From positions 129,157 to 193,156 of the forward strand of contig NIVC01002205.1 of assembly GCA_002269645.1 (NCBI GenBank): 64,000 nucleotides of DNA. The letters run 5' to 3'. The notes under the pieces are model-generated. The model saw only the letters and a list, made by a program, of their open reading frames with translations. It made no database searches and was not told the origin of the DNA. This document shows positions 23,701 through 35,183 of this stretch, in pieces; the first letter of the stretch is position 1, and the number at the start of each line of letters is the position of its first letter. Made by a program: the position numbers and the translations under genes. The DNA is from Macrostomum lignano. Its lineage: Eukaryota.

Positions 23701-25193
23701 GGTCAGAGTCTGAATAGAACTGGGTCAGAATCTGAATAGAACTGGGTCAGAGTCTGAATAGAACTGGGTCAGAATCTGAATAGAACTGGGTCAGATTTTG
23801 AATAGAACTGGGTCAGATTTTGAATAGAACTGGGTCAGATTTTGAATAGAACTGGGTCAGAATCTGAATAGAACTGGGTCAGAGTCTGAATAGAACTGGG
23901 TCAGATTTTGAATAGAACTGGGTCAGAATCTGAATAGAACTGGGTCAGAGTCTGAATAGAAACGGGTCACAGTCTGAATAGAACTGGGTCAGAATCTGAA
24001 TAGAACTGGGTCAGAATCTGAATAGAACTGGGTCAGAGTCTGAATAGAACTGGGTCAGAATCTGAATAGAACTGGGTCAGAGTCTGAATAGAACTGGGTC
24101 AGAATCTGAATAGAACTGGGTCAGAATCTGAATAGAACTGGGTCAGAATCTGAATAGAACTGGGTCAGAGTCTGAATAGAACTGGGTCAGAGTCTGAATA
24201 GAAATGGGTCACAGTCTGAATAGAACTGGGTCAGATCTGAATAGAACTGGGTCAGATTTTGAATAGAACTGGGTCAGATTTTGAATAGAACTGGGTCAGA
24301 GTCAAAGGAGTGGGATGAGTCACAGTCTGAATAGAACTGGGTCAGAGTCTGAATTAAACTGGGTCAGATCTGAATTAAACTGGGTCAGATTTTGAATAGA
24401 ACTGGGTCAGAGTCTGAATTAAACTGGGTCAGATCTGAATTAAACTGGGTCAGATTTTGAATAGAACTGGGTCAGAGTCGAAGGAGTGGGATGAGTCACA
24501 GTCTGAATAGAACTGGGTCAGAGTCGAAGGAGTGGGATGAGTCACAGTCTGAATAGAACTGGGTCAGAGTCGAAGGAGTGGGATGAGTCACAGTCTGAAT
24601 AGAACTGGGTCAGAGTCGAAGGAGTGGGATGAGTCACAGTCTGAATAGAACTGGGTCAGAGTCGAAGGAGTGGGATGAGTCACAGTCTGAATAGAACTGG
24701 GTCAGAGTCGAAGGAGTGGGATGAGTCACAGTCTGAATAGAACTGGGTCAGAGTCGAAGGAGTGGGATGAGTCACAGTCTGAATAGAACTGGGTCAGAGT
24801 CGAAGGAGTGGGATGAGTCACAGTCTGAATAGAACTGGGTCAGAGTCGAAGGAGTGGGATGAGTCAGAGATGCTGTTCCGCTGACGCATTCACTTGACTG
24901 TCTGCCGCAGGTGCTCGCACTGTCAGCGACTGGCGCCGGTCTGGGAGCGGCTGGCACAGGATTTGGCGCAGGAGTTCCCAGACCGCCAGCAGCTGGTGCT
25001 GGGCCGTGTGGACTGCACCGAGGAAGCCGGCCTGTGCAATCAGCAGGGGGTTCGCGCCTATCCTAGTCTGCTGCTTTACCAGCAGGGTCACCTGGTGGAC
25101 AGCTTCCGCGGCCTCCGCGACCTCGCAGCCCTGTCTGACTTCCTGAGGACAGCCATCGGTCTGCGCAGCAAGGAGCAGCGGAGCGAGCTCTGA
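17760..25193 (+). CDS. TXNDC5: Thioredoxin-domain protein 5 (ERp46)-like protein disulfide isomerase, ~404 aa; exons 17760-17908, 20505-20595, 20689-20747, 22444-22987, 23455-23543, 24911-25193
   Basis: Signal-peptide-like start MYSLYYRLAWKLSFIGLGLISFVYA. Three Trx folds: VLVTYYSAK|CPFSQQFLKLW...IDCE...YYPS|IRF...FRGRRT; FVKFFTDWCPHCK; FVKFFAPW|CSHCQRLAPVW. C-terminal RSEL is KDEL-like. All splice phases consistent. Confidence 0.85.
18486..19366. mobile_element. hAT-type MITE in TXNDC5-like intron 1
   Basis: TIRs CAGTATTGGGCACCA / TGGTGCCCAACACTG. Flanks CTATTTT / CTATTTTT (8-bp TSD with a homopolymer indel). Internal TTAAC repeats. Same CAGTGTTGGGC terminus type as 1999-2976. Confidence 0.8.
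19540..19886 (+). repeat. 18-bp intronic minisatellite (~19 copies)
   Basis: Unit CT(G/A)GGG(G/A)ATGC(T/C)TGCTGT. Confidence 0.95.
20795..22460 (+). repeat. 37/44-bp intronic minisatellite (~40 copies) spanning the 3' splice junction
   Basis: Unit CATCAGATTCCACCAGCCCAGTTACCTGAT(CTCTGAT)CCCGCAG. The last copy overlaps the exon start CATCAGATTTCACCAGC at 22444. Confidence 0.97.
23590..24868 (+). repeat. 22-bp intronic minisatellite changing to a 46-bp dimeric unit
   Basis: ACTGGGTCAGA(G/A)TCTGAATAGA repeats to ~24470, then GTCTGAATAGAACTGGGTCAGAGTCGAAGGAGTGGGATGAGTCACA (period 46). Confidence 0.97.
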
Positions 25194-26877
25194 AGGTTGT
25201 GTCCTACTGCAGCTAAACTTCTCTGTGTTTTGATCAGATTTTGTGATCCAAATCCAGCTGTATTTTTTGCCAACGGTTTGTTAACTGAACACTTTCTGTG
25301 TAAAAATAGCTTTCTAGCAACAAGAGTTTAGGGAGATGCGTTCGCATCTTATCATTTTTAGAGTCCAATGTTTCTGTCTATTCAAAAGGGTTGGAGATAA
25401 ATCGAACATATTTAGCCACAGGGTAATTGTACTCTGTCTATTTAACCAATGGACTGGTTTTTTCTATTTGCCTAGCTGTCAGTCAGCTGATCACCTGGCT
25501 GGCTTCAGCAGCGTACTTTACTTGTTAAACATTTGTTGCCCTTTCCTTATTTTTCTCTAGTCTTCCCTCCCTGTCCGTATATCTCTTGTCAGCAGTTGTC
25601 CTCTGATATTTTTGCTGTGCCAAAGCATATACTAAGCCGTCTGCCTTTTCTGTTCTATGCTATCAATACAATACACTCTCCGATATCCTTACTTCTGTTT
25701 AATTCGATTCCTATCTCAGAACTAAATTCGCCGTCTGTTATCCCTGATTCAGCATTTTCGCAAATTTTCAGCGCATTGCGATATCGATTTCTGGGAATTT
25801 GGCTTCGGGGCCACGTGCCAGGGAGGGAGGAATTCCTGTGTAGAAAAGAATTCTGGCTGACAGGTGCGAAGCCCATTCGACAAGAGGTGACAGCTGGCAG
25901 TTCGCGAGCAACCAGAGGGAGTGAAAAGGGGTGCTTGATACTCTTCACGCCCATTTTCGGTAGGGATATTGATGGATAACTGTCTCCAGAGAGCTCAAAT
26001 TTACAGTACAGAAGCCATAGTTATCAGCAACGGGCGGTAGTGCGCGGGAGAGCCGCCATCAACTCGAGACACGATCCCTGACACCGATGCCCAAGCGAAG
26101 AAGCGGCTAAAAGGAAGATGGCTTCTGCTCGTTTCAGCCCGAGCAGACTGTCAATATTGGTGGGTGTATTCTTGCGAGTGCTAACTCTGACCTTCAGCCA
26201 CAGTAGAAAGCTGGTACGAGCCGGAGGGCGGTTTCGAGGAAGTGGAAAATCGGTATTCCCAACATGTACTGTAATGAACTATATTAACACTTCGGAACTG
26301 TAAACACTTGCAGTAGGCTGGGTATCCATTATTATGATTATCTTTTACAATATATACACTTGTGTATTTCCTCTCTAGAAAGCCTGAATTAAGGATCTAC
26401 GTCGTATATATTCCTGGTGCAAACACTGCTGCAGTACATGTAAAGATATTGAATTTATTTCTGGCACTGTCCATCGACCGAAATTCACCCTTTAATGGCC
26501 TTTTTGTCCGAACACTAAATCTGACCTTGGAATCGAACAGGCAAGGAAACATGCCAGTTCTCCGTCCAGACACCGGCTTTTTTGAGTGACGCAAGTTCGG
26601 AGCAACTGAAATAAGAAAAATGGATGTAGCTTTTAAAACAGTTCTTCCCATAGACTGAGTTCTTTTTAGGGAATTTACGGCGTCGTTGGGAATCAGCAAT
26701 TTCCTGGGCAGCCCCAACTAAGGCAGTCAAAAGAGCAGCTAATTAGCCTGCCTGGATTGGCATCTGAGTCCAGAAAATTTGACTGCGGGACTAACTAATC
26801 TCAGCTGTAAGCCATTGCTCATAAACCATGAAGTATTTGAATGTGTGGCATTGTGTGCGCGTTGTCAAAATTGTTAA

Positions 26878-27991
26878 AACCATGGAGGAAAGAATAGAAT
26901 GCTAATCTGAGCCAGTTATTTGTATCTCGCTCGATCTTCACTTTTAACATCCCTTTCCCCCCGTTCCTTCCTATTGGCTGAAAGCATATTTTGATGCGAG
27001 CTCGTACTATGCTGGGACAGACCTTTCAGAGGTCGGACAGCCAAGCTGCCTTGCACGCCATCAGTGGCTGCAGCACCAATTCTGCTACAGTCCTCGATTG
27101 TATCAGACTCCTCAACATGTTGGGTTCCACCAACAAAATTACCCTTAAGTGGGTTCCGGGGCATGTGGGGATCCGAGGGAATGAGTTAACACCCTTGCAA
27201 AAGTTGGTGCCTCCGGCTCCTCTCTCGGTCCCGAACCTCTTGTCCCGATTCCCGGCTGTGTCATCGACTCGCGCATCAAAGCGTGGATCAGGACTCAGCA
27301 CCGCTCGACTTAGGCGAACCGCACTAACTGCAGGCAATCCAGAGGCGCTGTCCCTCAACCCTCTTACCAGCTCCAGAAGCTCCTCTTGCGCCTCTCGCGT
27401 AGAGACATCCGGGCTGCCACCATGACCCTCTCAGGTCACGGCTGCTTCCCTAGGCACCAGTACCTGCAGGGCAACGCCACCAAGGCCATCTGCAGTTTCT
27501 GAAACTCAGGTGACGAAACCGCTGAGCATTTCGTCAGCATCTGTCCCGGCCTTTACGCGGGCCAGACTCACTTACCTCGGGCTACAAAGCGTGCAAACCC
27601 GAAAATTTTTACCAGCTCATGCGCTACCTCCGGGCCACCCGCAGGGCTGAACTCTCCTTTCCAGAGAGCACCATAGCTGCTGGCGACACTGGGGGACCTC
27701 CCTGGGCGGCGCCAACCCTCCGTCCATAGCGACGCGTCGGCCGTTCAGGGATTAGCGGAATGGGCGCCCGCGCCTTCCCGCTGTGTCCCCTCCGGGACAG
27801 CCCTGCAGCTAAGTCTAAGTCTACCTTTCAGAGGGGAACGAAAACGAAAACGAGACGAAAAATACTTTGTCTATGGCAGTCACGAGCCAATAGGAAAGAA
27901 CGGGGGGAAAGGGATGTTAAAAGTGAAGATCGAGTGAGACAAAAATAACTGGCTCAGATTAGCACTCCATTCTATTCTTTCCTCCATGGTT
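26878..27991. mobile_element. Non-autonomous TIR element (~105-bp TIRs) carrying a LINE insertion
   Basis: AACCATGGAGGAAAGAATAGAATG...CCTATTGGCT at the left is mirrored by AGCCAATAGG...CTATTCTTTCCTCCATGGTT at the right. TSD not clear. Confidence 0.8.
27033..27822 (+). mobile_element. 5'-truncated RNase H-containing LINE (RNase H + CCHC tail)
   Basis: SQAAL.AI...ITLKWVPGHVGIRGNE RNase H motif. Downstream LSGHGCF..H...C.F...DETAEHF...CP. (AAGTCT)n tail. 12-bp TSD ACCTTTCAGAGG at 27021-27032 and 27823-27834. Confidence 0.88.
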
Positions 27992-27994
27992 AGA

Positions 27995-29200
27995 ACTGCT
28001 TGCTGGTCTGCCCCCAGTCTGTGCCATAGACGGCTGGCTGCTCGCACGACTTTGTGGATGGAGCGGTTGAGTCGCTCTGTCATGCCGTTGGCTGCAGGAT
28101 AGGGTAATAGGGCGTGATGAGGCGGTGCTTTATCCCGTAGCTTGCCAGAAATCGGCCAAACTCCTTGGACGAGAAGAGCGGCTCATTGTCTGTCACGAGC
28201 TCCTGCGTGATCCAGCAGATAGCGAACATCTCTCGTAGGCGGGGAATCTGCCTCGGCCGGTACGTCTGCATAAGCTGCACCTCCGGGAATCTCGAGTAGC
28301 GGTCCACGCACACCAGCAGCATGTTGATGGGTCCCACGAAGTCGGCGCCGATCGACAGCCAGACGCTCGCGGATATCGGCGTCGACTGCAGAGGTGTGGC
28401 CCGGATGACTAGCTTGTGCGACGTGACGGCACAGCTGCGGCATCGACTGACGAACTCCTCCGCTTGAGTTGCCATCCTCGGCCACCAGACCTTCGTGCCG
28501 AGTCTGGTGATTGTCTTCTGCGATCACTGGTGCCCTTGGTGCGCCAGTTCGAGCATCTGCTGCCGCAGACCAGCTAGCACTACGATTCGCTGATGCCAAA
28601 GGAGGACTCCGTCCACCGCAGACAGCTCGAGATCCTCTCGCAGCGCGTGGAGCAACCGTATCTCCACGTTGGAGCGATCCCACTGGCCGCTTTGCGTCGC
28701 CGCTATCGCCGCCTGAATTCGACGGTCGCTGGCAGAGCTCTTGCAGATGTCCTCGAGCGTCAGCGCTATCGACACAGCCGTCTGCGCGCCACCTCATTGA
28801 AGTAGGCCTCCCATCCAAAGTTTCTGTTGTGCGCGCTTAGGGGCTGCCTGCTGAGTACGTCTGCAGCATTGGAGGCTCCCGGCTGGTACTCGACCTTGAA
28901 CACTAAGTGCTGGATCCTCAGCACCATTCGCTCGACTCGTGGAAGACGGCCGCGGACCCAAGGCCGTCAGCGGCTTGTGATCGGAGAGCACTGAGAACTC
29001 GGGCGATCCATGCAGGTTGTACTCGAACTTCAGGCAGCGGAGCTTCACAGCGAGCGGCTCCTTCTCGGTCTGTGAGTATCGCCGCTCGACGCCGGAGAGG
29101 GTCCGGCTGGCGCATGCAACCGGCCTCGAGCTGCCGTCACGCTGCACCTGCGCCACGATGGCGCCCAGGCAGGTCGATCCCGCGTCCACGATCAGGTGCG
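27995..29200 (-). mobile_element. Ty3/Gypsy pol remnant (RNase H + integrase), frameshifted
   Basis: DAGSTCLGA...RPVACASRTLSGVERRYSQTEKE...SDHKPL; LELAHQGHQ...VWWP.M...RCRSC; VDRYSRFPEV...TDNEPLFSSKEF...GIKHRLITPYYP...ERLNRSI. Confidence 0.9.
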
Positions 29201-30644
29201 AGTGCAGGCAGGTGCAATATAGGTGATTTCGAGTGAGTAATAGTACAGACGTTCACAAAACGAAAAACAATAAAAAACCTGTTCTCTTCAAACCATGCCT
29301 GATGAACTATCTGAAGATGCCATATTCTCGTGCTAAGTACTTGAAGAAACCAGGTGAAGAAGTATCAGCTGAAGATGCCAGGTACAATAAATATTTGAAT
29401 ATGCCAGATGGAGCATCTAAAGATACCAGATGATGTATCTAAAGATTCCCGATAAGGTATTTGACGATGCCAGATAAAGCATCTGAAGATGCCAGGGACT
29501 CAAGATCACATCTAGCTTATTATCATGGATCTAGCCAAAAACATATGAGATCAGTTAGAGCGAGTATCGTGCATATCGTGCATGCATAGGAAGGCAGAGT
29601 TCTTATCTTGGCAAGGAGTTTGTTAAGAACCAATTTTATGCAGTTTTCTGGTCCGGCTCCGTCCCGAGCCTTCCAATAATTTTGCAATTTGTCGGCTTTG
29701 GTGGCTTTTAAAAAATAAATAAACTACTCGTGGGCAGAAAAACAGATTATTCTAAAATGCGTCAAGAAAATTTTCCCCTATGAAGCAATCAAATTAAACG
29801 CCCTTTGCCCCCATCGACGAAAAAGAAAAATAACTGCAATCGGAGTGGCAAAAGCCAAAATGGGGCAATTGCTGAGATCAAGCCATCGGCCCCAGAATCG
29901 GATAATCAGAGGCAATCATGTCTGCAAATCCCGCCCAAATTGTTTTAATTGAGCCAACAAGGCTGCAGGTGTCTTTTCAATACAGGCCGTGGTTCCATTT
30001 ATCTGCGCAATTTTCTATCCGGAGAGTTAAGATAAGGGGAAATTTTAGCACCCATTTTTGCCCCCTATCGGGTCTGGATTTCGGGCCGCCGATTAGCGGA
30101 CCGGCCATGACGGCAGTCGCCAATTTTCTCCCAATTTTGATTGGCGAAGCGATTAGGGATTTCTCTTCTTTGCCTTTGCTCTCCCGTTCGGGCGCCTGGC
30201 CGAGCGGCTATAAAATCTCCCAGGGCAGGCTCCGGCCCCAAAACTGTCTTCCTCACCTGCTGGAACTAGGATACCAGCTCTCAGCCCCCGGGCCCGAGCC
30301 TGTGCTTCGTCAAACTCTCGGTAAGTTTTGGCACGCGAACGCGGCCCAACCCCTATCAGTTGGCTGCACTGGCCTTCCTGAGAATCTCAATAATCATTTA
30401 CCGGCATGTAGCAAAAATCAAAGGGAAAATGTAGGGACAGAGTTACTGGTAGAGTTACAGTAGAAAAGACGATGGATCTTGTATTCACCCCTTGACTGCG
30501 GAACCCCTTGACTGCGTGTCCATGGCCAGGCCCGGCATGTTCAGGACTAGGCTTCAATTTGGGGTTCAGACCCTCACAGGTTCACACACTCTAAGCCCCC
30601 TCTTTCTGTCGGGACGGTTTCGGGAGCCTTCAGCGCTTGATTTA

Positions 30645-32503
30645 AGAGCTTGGCCCACAGGTGACAGCTCAGCGCCTGGATGCAGAGACGTTGCAGGGAC
30701 AGAGAGCTTGGCCCACAGTCTCAGCTTGACCTGTGACAGCTCAGCGCCTGGGTGCAGAGACGTTGCAGGGACAGAGAGCTTGGCCCACAGTCTCAGCCTG
30801 ACCTGTGGCAGCTCAGCGCATTGGTGCAGAGACGTTGCAGGGACAGAGAGCTTGGCCCACAGTCTCAGCCTGACCTGTGGCAGCTCAGCGCCTGGGTGCA
30901 GAGACGTTGCAGGGACAGAGAGCTTGGCCCACAGTCTCAGCCTGACCTGTGGCAGCTCAGCGCCTGGGTGCAGAGACGTTGCAGGGACAGAGAGCTTGGC
31001 CCACAGTCTCAGCCTGACCTGTGACAGCTCAGCGCCTGGGTGCAGAGACGTTGCAGGGACAGAGAGCTTGGCCCACAGTCTCAGCCTGACCTGTGGCAGC
31101 TCAGCGCCTGGGTGCAGAGACGTTGCAGGGACAGAGAGCTTGGCCCACAGTCTCAGCCTGACCTGTGGCAGCTCAGCGCCTGGATGCAGAGACGTTGCAG
31201 GGACAGAGAGCTTGGCCCACAGTCTCAGCCTGACCTGTGACAGCTCAGCGCCTGGATGCAGAGACGTTGCAGGGACAGAGAGCTTGGCCCACAGTCTCAG
31301 CCTGACCTGTGACAGCTCAGCGCATTGGTGCAGAGACGTTGCAGGGACAGAGAGCTTGGCCCACAGTCTCAGCCTGACCTGTGGCAGCTCAGCGCCTGGG
31401 TGCAGAGACGTTGCAGGGACAGAGAGCTTGGCCACAGTCTCAGCCTGACCTGTGGCAGCTCAGCGCCTGGGTGCAGAGACGTTGCAGGGACAGAGAGCTT
31501 GGCCCACAGTCTCAGCCTGACCTGTGGCAGCTCAGCGCATTGGTGCAGAGACGTTGCAGGGACAGAGAGCTTGGCCCACAGTCTCAGCCTGACCTGTGGC
31601 AGCTCAGCGCCTGGGTGCAGAGACGTTGCAGGGACAGAGAGCTTGGCCCACAGTCTCAGCCTGACCTGTGGCAGCTCAGCGCATTGGTGCAGAGACGTTG
31701 CAGGGACAGAGAGCTTGGCCCACAGTCTCAGCCTGACCTGTGGCAGCTCAGCGCCTGGGTGCAGAGACGTTGCAGGGACAGAGAGCTTGGCCCACAGTCT
31801 CAGCCTGACCTGTGGCAGCTCAGCGCCTGGGTGCAGAGACGTTGCAGGGACAGAGAGCTTGGCCCACAGTCTCAGCCTGACCTGTGGCAGCTCAGCGCCT
31901 GGGTGCAGAGACGTTGCAGGGACAGAGAGCTTGGCCCACAGTCTCAGCCTGACCTGTGGCAGCTCAGCGCATTGGTGCAGAGACGTTGCAGGGACAGAGA
32001 GCTTGGCCCACAGTCTCAGCCTGACCTGTGGCAGCTCAGCGCCTGGGTGCAGAGACGTTGCAGGGACAGAGAGCTTGGCCCACAGTCTCAGCCTGACCTG
32101 TGACAGCTCAGCGCATTGGTGCAGAGACGTTGCAGGGACAGAGAGCTTGGCCCACAGTCTCAGCCTGACCTGTGGCAGCTCAGCGCCTGGGTGCAGAGAC
32201 GTTGCAGGGACAGAGAGCTTGGCCCACAGTCTCAGCCTGACCTGTGGCAGCTCAGCGCCTGGATGCAGAGACGTTGCAGGGACAGAGAGCTTGGCCCACA
32301 GTCTCAGCCTGACCTGTGGCAGCTCAGCGCATTGGTGCAGAGACGTTGCAGGGACAGAGAGCTTGGCCCACAGTCTCAGCCTGACCTGTGGCAGCTCAGC
32401 GCCTGGGTGCAGAGACGTTGCAGGGACAGAGAGCTTGGCCCACAGTCTCAGCCTGACCTGTGGCAGCTCAGCGCCTGGGTGCAGAGACGTTGCAGGGACA
32501 GAG
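30645..32503 (+). repeat. 72-bp minisatellite (~26 copies)
   Basis: Unit AGAGCTTGGCCCACAGTCTCAGCCTGACCTGTG(G/A)CAGCTCAGCGC(C/A)T(G/T)GGTGCAGAGACGTTGCAGGGACAG, translating as 24-aa periodic ORFs. Confidence 0.97.
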
Positions 32504-33706
32504 CGACGCAGTCGCACTAACCATAGAGGAGACTTCAGTAAGATTACAGGAAATTCGTACCTGTAGTTCCTGGTCTGGGGCCCAGCCTGAGCTGCAAATT
32601 TTAAGGCAGTTTTTGCTTTTAAAATATCCCATGACTGTCGCGAGTTTGTGTGCGCACCGCTGCGAGACCAGCAGCTCGAATCAGCAGAGCGAATCAGCAA
32701 TGAGCTGCAGCTTGTGCGGCACCAAGGGCTGCACTGAATGCACTTTTATGCGCGCTTGAACTGCTGGTTTTGTGTATGTATAAAATGACAAAATTTCTCA
32801 TGTTGTCACTTTTTCCTTTTTAACTATAAAAGTTGTTTGTTAAGCATTTCAGGATGCAGTATCGCTGACTTTCCCTCTGTTTTTATCCCTCTCTCTGTCT
32901 CTCCCGTTGTCGGTTCCATGAGCTGTTTTGAGTCAGTGCTCAGGAGATCTGCAGTACTTGGAGGACTCACTGCAAGCTTTGGTCCGCCAAAACCGAGGTA
33001 GTGTAACACATGCTTGATTGAGAAGACACTTTTCTGGCTCCATATTTTCGCACCTAGTGCTTGCTACTGCCTTTCATCTATTACTGATACGTGATACAGA
33101 TTTTTCGAGTAAATATTCTCGAATTTTTATTCAGAAGCGTCCCAAACAGACGAGTGATCCCAACAGGCCAAGAGACCCTGCACCTGTCCACAAGTCCCTG
33201 AAGCTCGGCATTTTGATGGCCTTACCTAATAAATTCCCGAGGTGTTACGCCCAGTTGCTCTGTTGTGCTGTGCTGGTCCTCTGATTCTGCTGTCACTGCA
33301 GCCCAAAGGTCTGACTCAGGGTTGCTCTCTAACAGCTGACCATCTCTTTCTTCTTTCTTTCAATCAACCCACGTTAATTTTACTCGTAGGAAGAAAATCC
33401 GGCATCTCATAGTGCGAGCCATATATGCACACCTGACCAATTTCCATTCCTATGCCTGATCAGTTTAGTTTTGCAGCTCATTTATTCGACCTACTTTTAG
33501 CACTAGGTACGAGCTATGTAAATTAATTTCAACCGCTGAATTCTCCAGCGATCGCCTGCCCTGTCAGAAAGAGGGGGCTGCTGGACCCCCAGATTTGGTA
33601 TCTGTGCCTTGCATGTCAAATCACCTTGACCTTTGCCCAACTCATTTTGCATTTTTCCATGCTGTTTCAAGCACCCGGCCTGTCCAAGGAGGGGAACTGG
33701 AGAAAG

Positions 33707-33710
<4 letters not shown>

Positions 33711-33738
<28 letters not shown>
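33711..33738 (+). repeat. (GA)n microsatellite
   Basis: About 14 GA dinucleotides. Confidence 0.9.
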
Positions 33739-33739
<1 letters not shown>

Positions 33740-34202
33740 CGGGGGAAAACCCCGCACTGGAAAAACCATAGCTGAAGAGGAAATTTTCTCGGGAAGGTCG
33801 CAGAAATTTTTAGAGCTCTCGAGAGTGAGTCAGCTGTGGCTGATTGCTGACTCACATCGGCTTGTTTGACTTCCTGAATCTCTCTTTGTCGGTTACACCT
33901 TGCAGTCAGCAAGCAAAGCTTCAACTCATCCAAGTTCGCAAACCAACTTCGTAAGTTACGGCAAAAGGTAATGTAGCCAATTTCACGGCGCCTTTTCACA
34001 TTTTTGTTGCTTTGCTTTACCTTACTTAGCTCACTTACGTGTTAGCTTACTTCAGGGAAAATAGGGAACACTGAACCTCTCCTAAGCTCAGCACCAGTCT
34101 CTGTCACATCAAACAGATCTCTCTCAAAGCTGCACGATCTTCATAAAAAACTTCACTTCGAATTGTAAACTTGCACTGCCATACTGCCTTTTTCAGTATT
34201 TA

Positions 34203-34625
34203 CCTGAATGCACACCCACTTCACTCCTGGATGCACACCCACTTCACTCCTGGATGCACACCCACTTCACTCCTGAATGCACACCCACTTCACTCCTAAA
34301 TGCACACCCACTTCAGTTATGAATGCACACCCACTTCAATCCTGAATGCACACCCACTTCAGTTATGAATGCACACCCACTTCACTCCTGAATGCACACC
34401 CACTTCACTCCTAAATGCACACCCACTTCAGTTATGAATGCACACCCACTTCAATCCTGAATGTACAGCACTTCAGTCCTGAATGCAAACCCACTTTCTT
34501 GAATGCACACCCACTTCAGTCATGAATGCTCACCCACTTCACTCCTGAATGCACAGCACTTCAGTCCTGAATGCACACCACTTCAGTCCTGGATGCACAC
34601 CACTTCAGTCCTGGATGCACACCAA
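34203..34625 (+). repeat. ~23-bp minisatellite
   Basis: Unit TGAATGCACACCCACTTCA(C/G)TCC, degenerating rightwards. Confidence 0.92.
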
Positions 34626-34744
34626 ACTCATTAAATTTTTTGAATGCATAATCCTACTTAAGTCCTGAGTGCGCAACCATTACGTTTAACCCGAAAAAGT
34701 TCACTGGTGCAAGAGGGTCACACTTATAAAATATCGAAGTCAGC

Positions 34745-35110
34745 TCCCTCTGAGTCCGCTTCCATCCACACTGGACTCAGCATCCTCTGAGTCCGCTCCC
34801 ATCCACACTGGACTCAGCATCCTCTGAGTCCGCTTCCATCCACACTGGACTCAGCATCCTCTGAGTCCAATCCCATGCACCCTGGTCTCAGCATCCTCTG
34901 AGTCCGCTCCCATCCACACTGGACTCAGCATCCTCTGAGTCCGCTTCCATCCACACTGGACTCAGCATCCTCTGAGTCCAATCCCATGCACCCTGGTCTC
35001 AGCATCCTCTGAGTCCGCTTCCATCCACACTGGACTCAGCATCCTCTGAGTCCAATCCCATGCACCCTGGACTCAGCATCCTCTGAGTCCAATCCCATGC
35101 ACCCTGGTCA
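34745..35110 (+). repeat. 37-bp minisatellite with internal 8-bp inverted repeat
   Basis: Unit CCTCTGAGTCCGCT(C/T)CCATCCACACTGGACTCAGCAT, with CTGAGTCC / GGACTCAG stem. Confidence 0.93.
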
Positions 35111-35183
35111 AAGGCTGCCGGTGAAAGCCGCCGGAGGGCAAGTTTCGCAGGAAAGCTGTCTGGCAATTCCATCCCAGTTGCAG

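Noticed and set aside
29295-29510. Hammerhead ribozyme array (CTGAAGATGCC repeats)
   Set aside because: The CUGANGA-like core is present, but no stem II plus GAAA and no cleavage triplet could be built. It looks like a decayed minisatellite.
30492-32700. Long repetitive proteins in the ORF track (289-443 aa)
   Set aside because: They arise from a 72-bp unit divisible by 3. There is no credible start or splice context, and frames are open on both strands.
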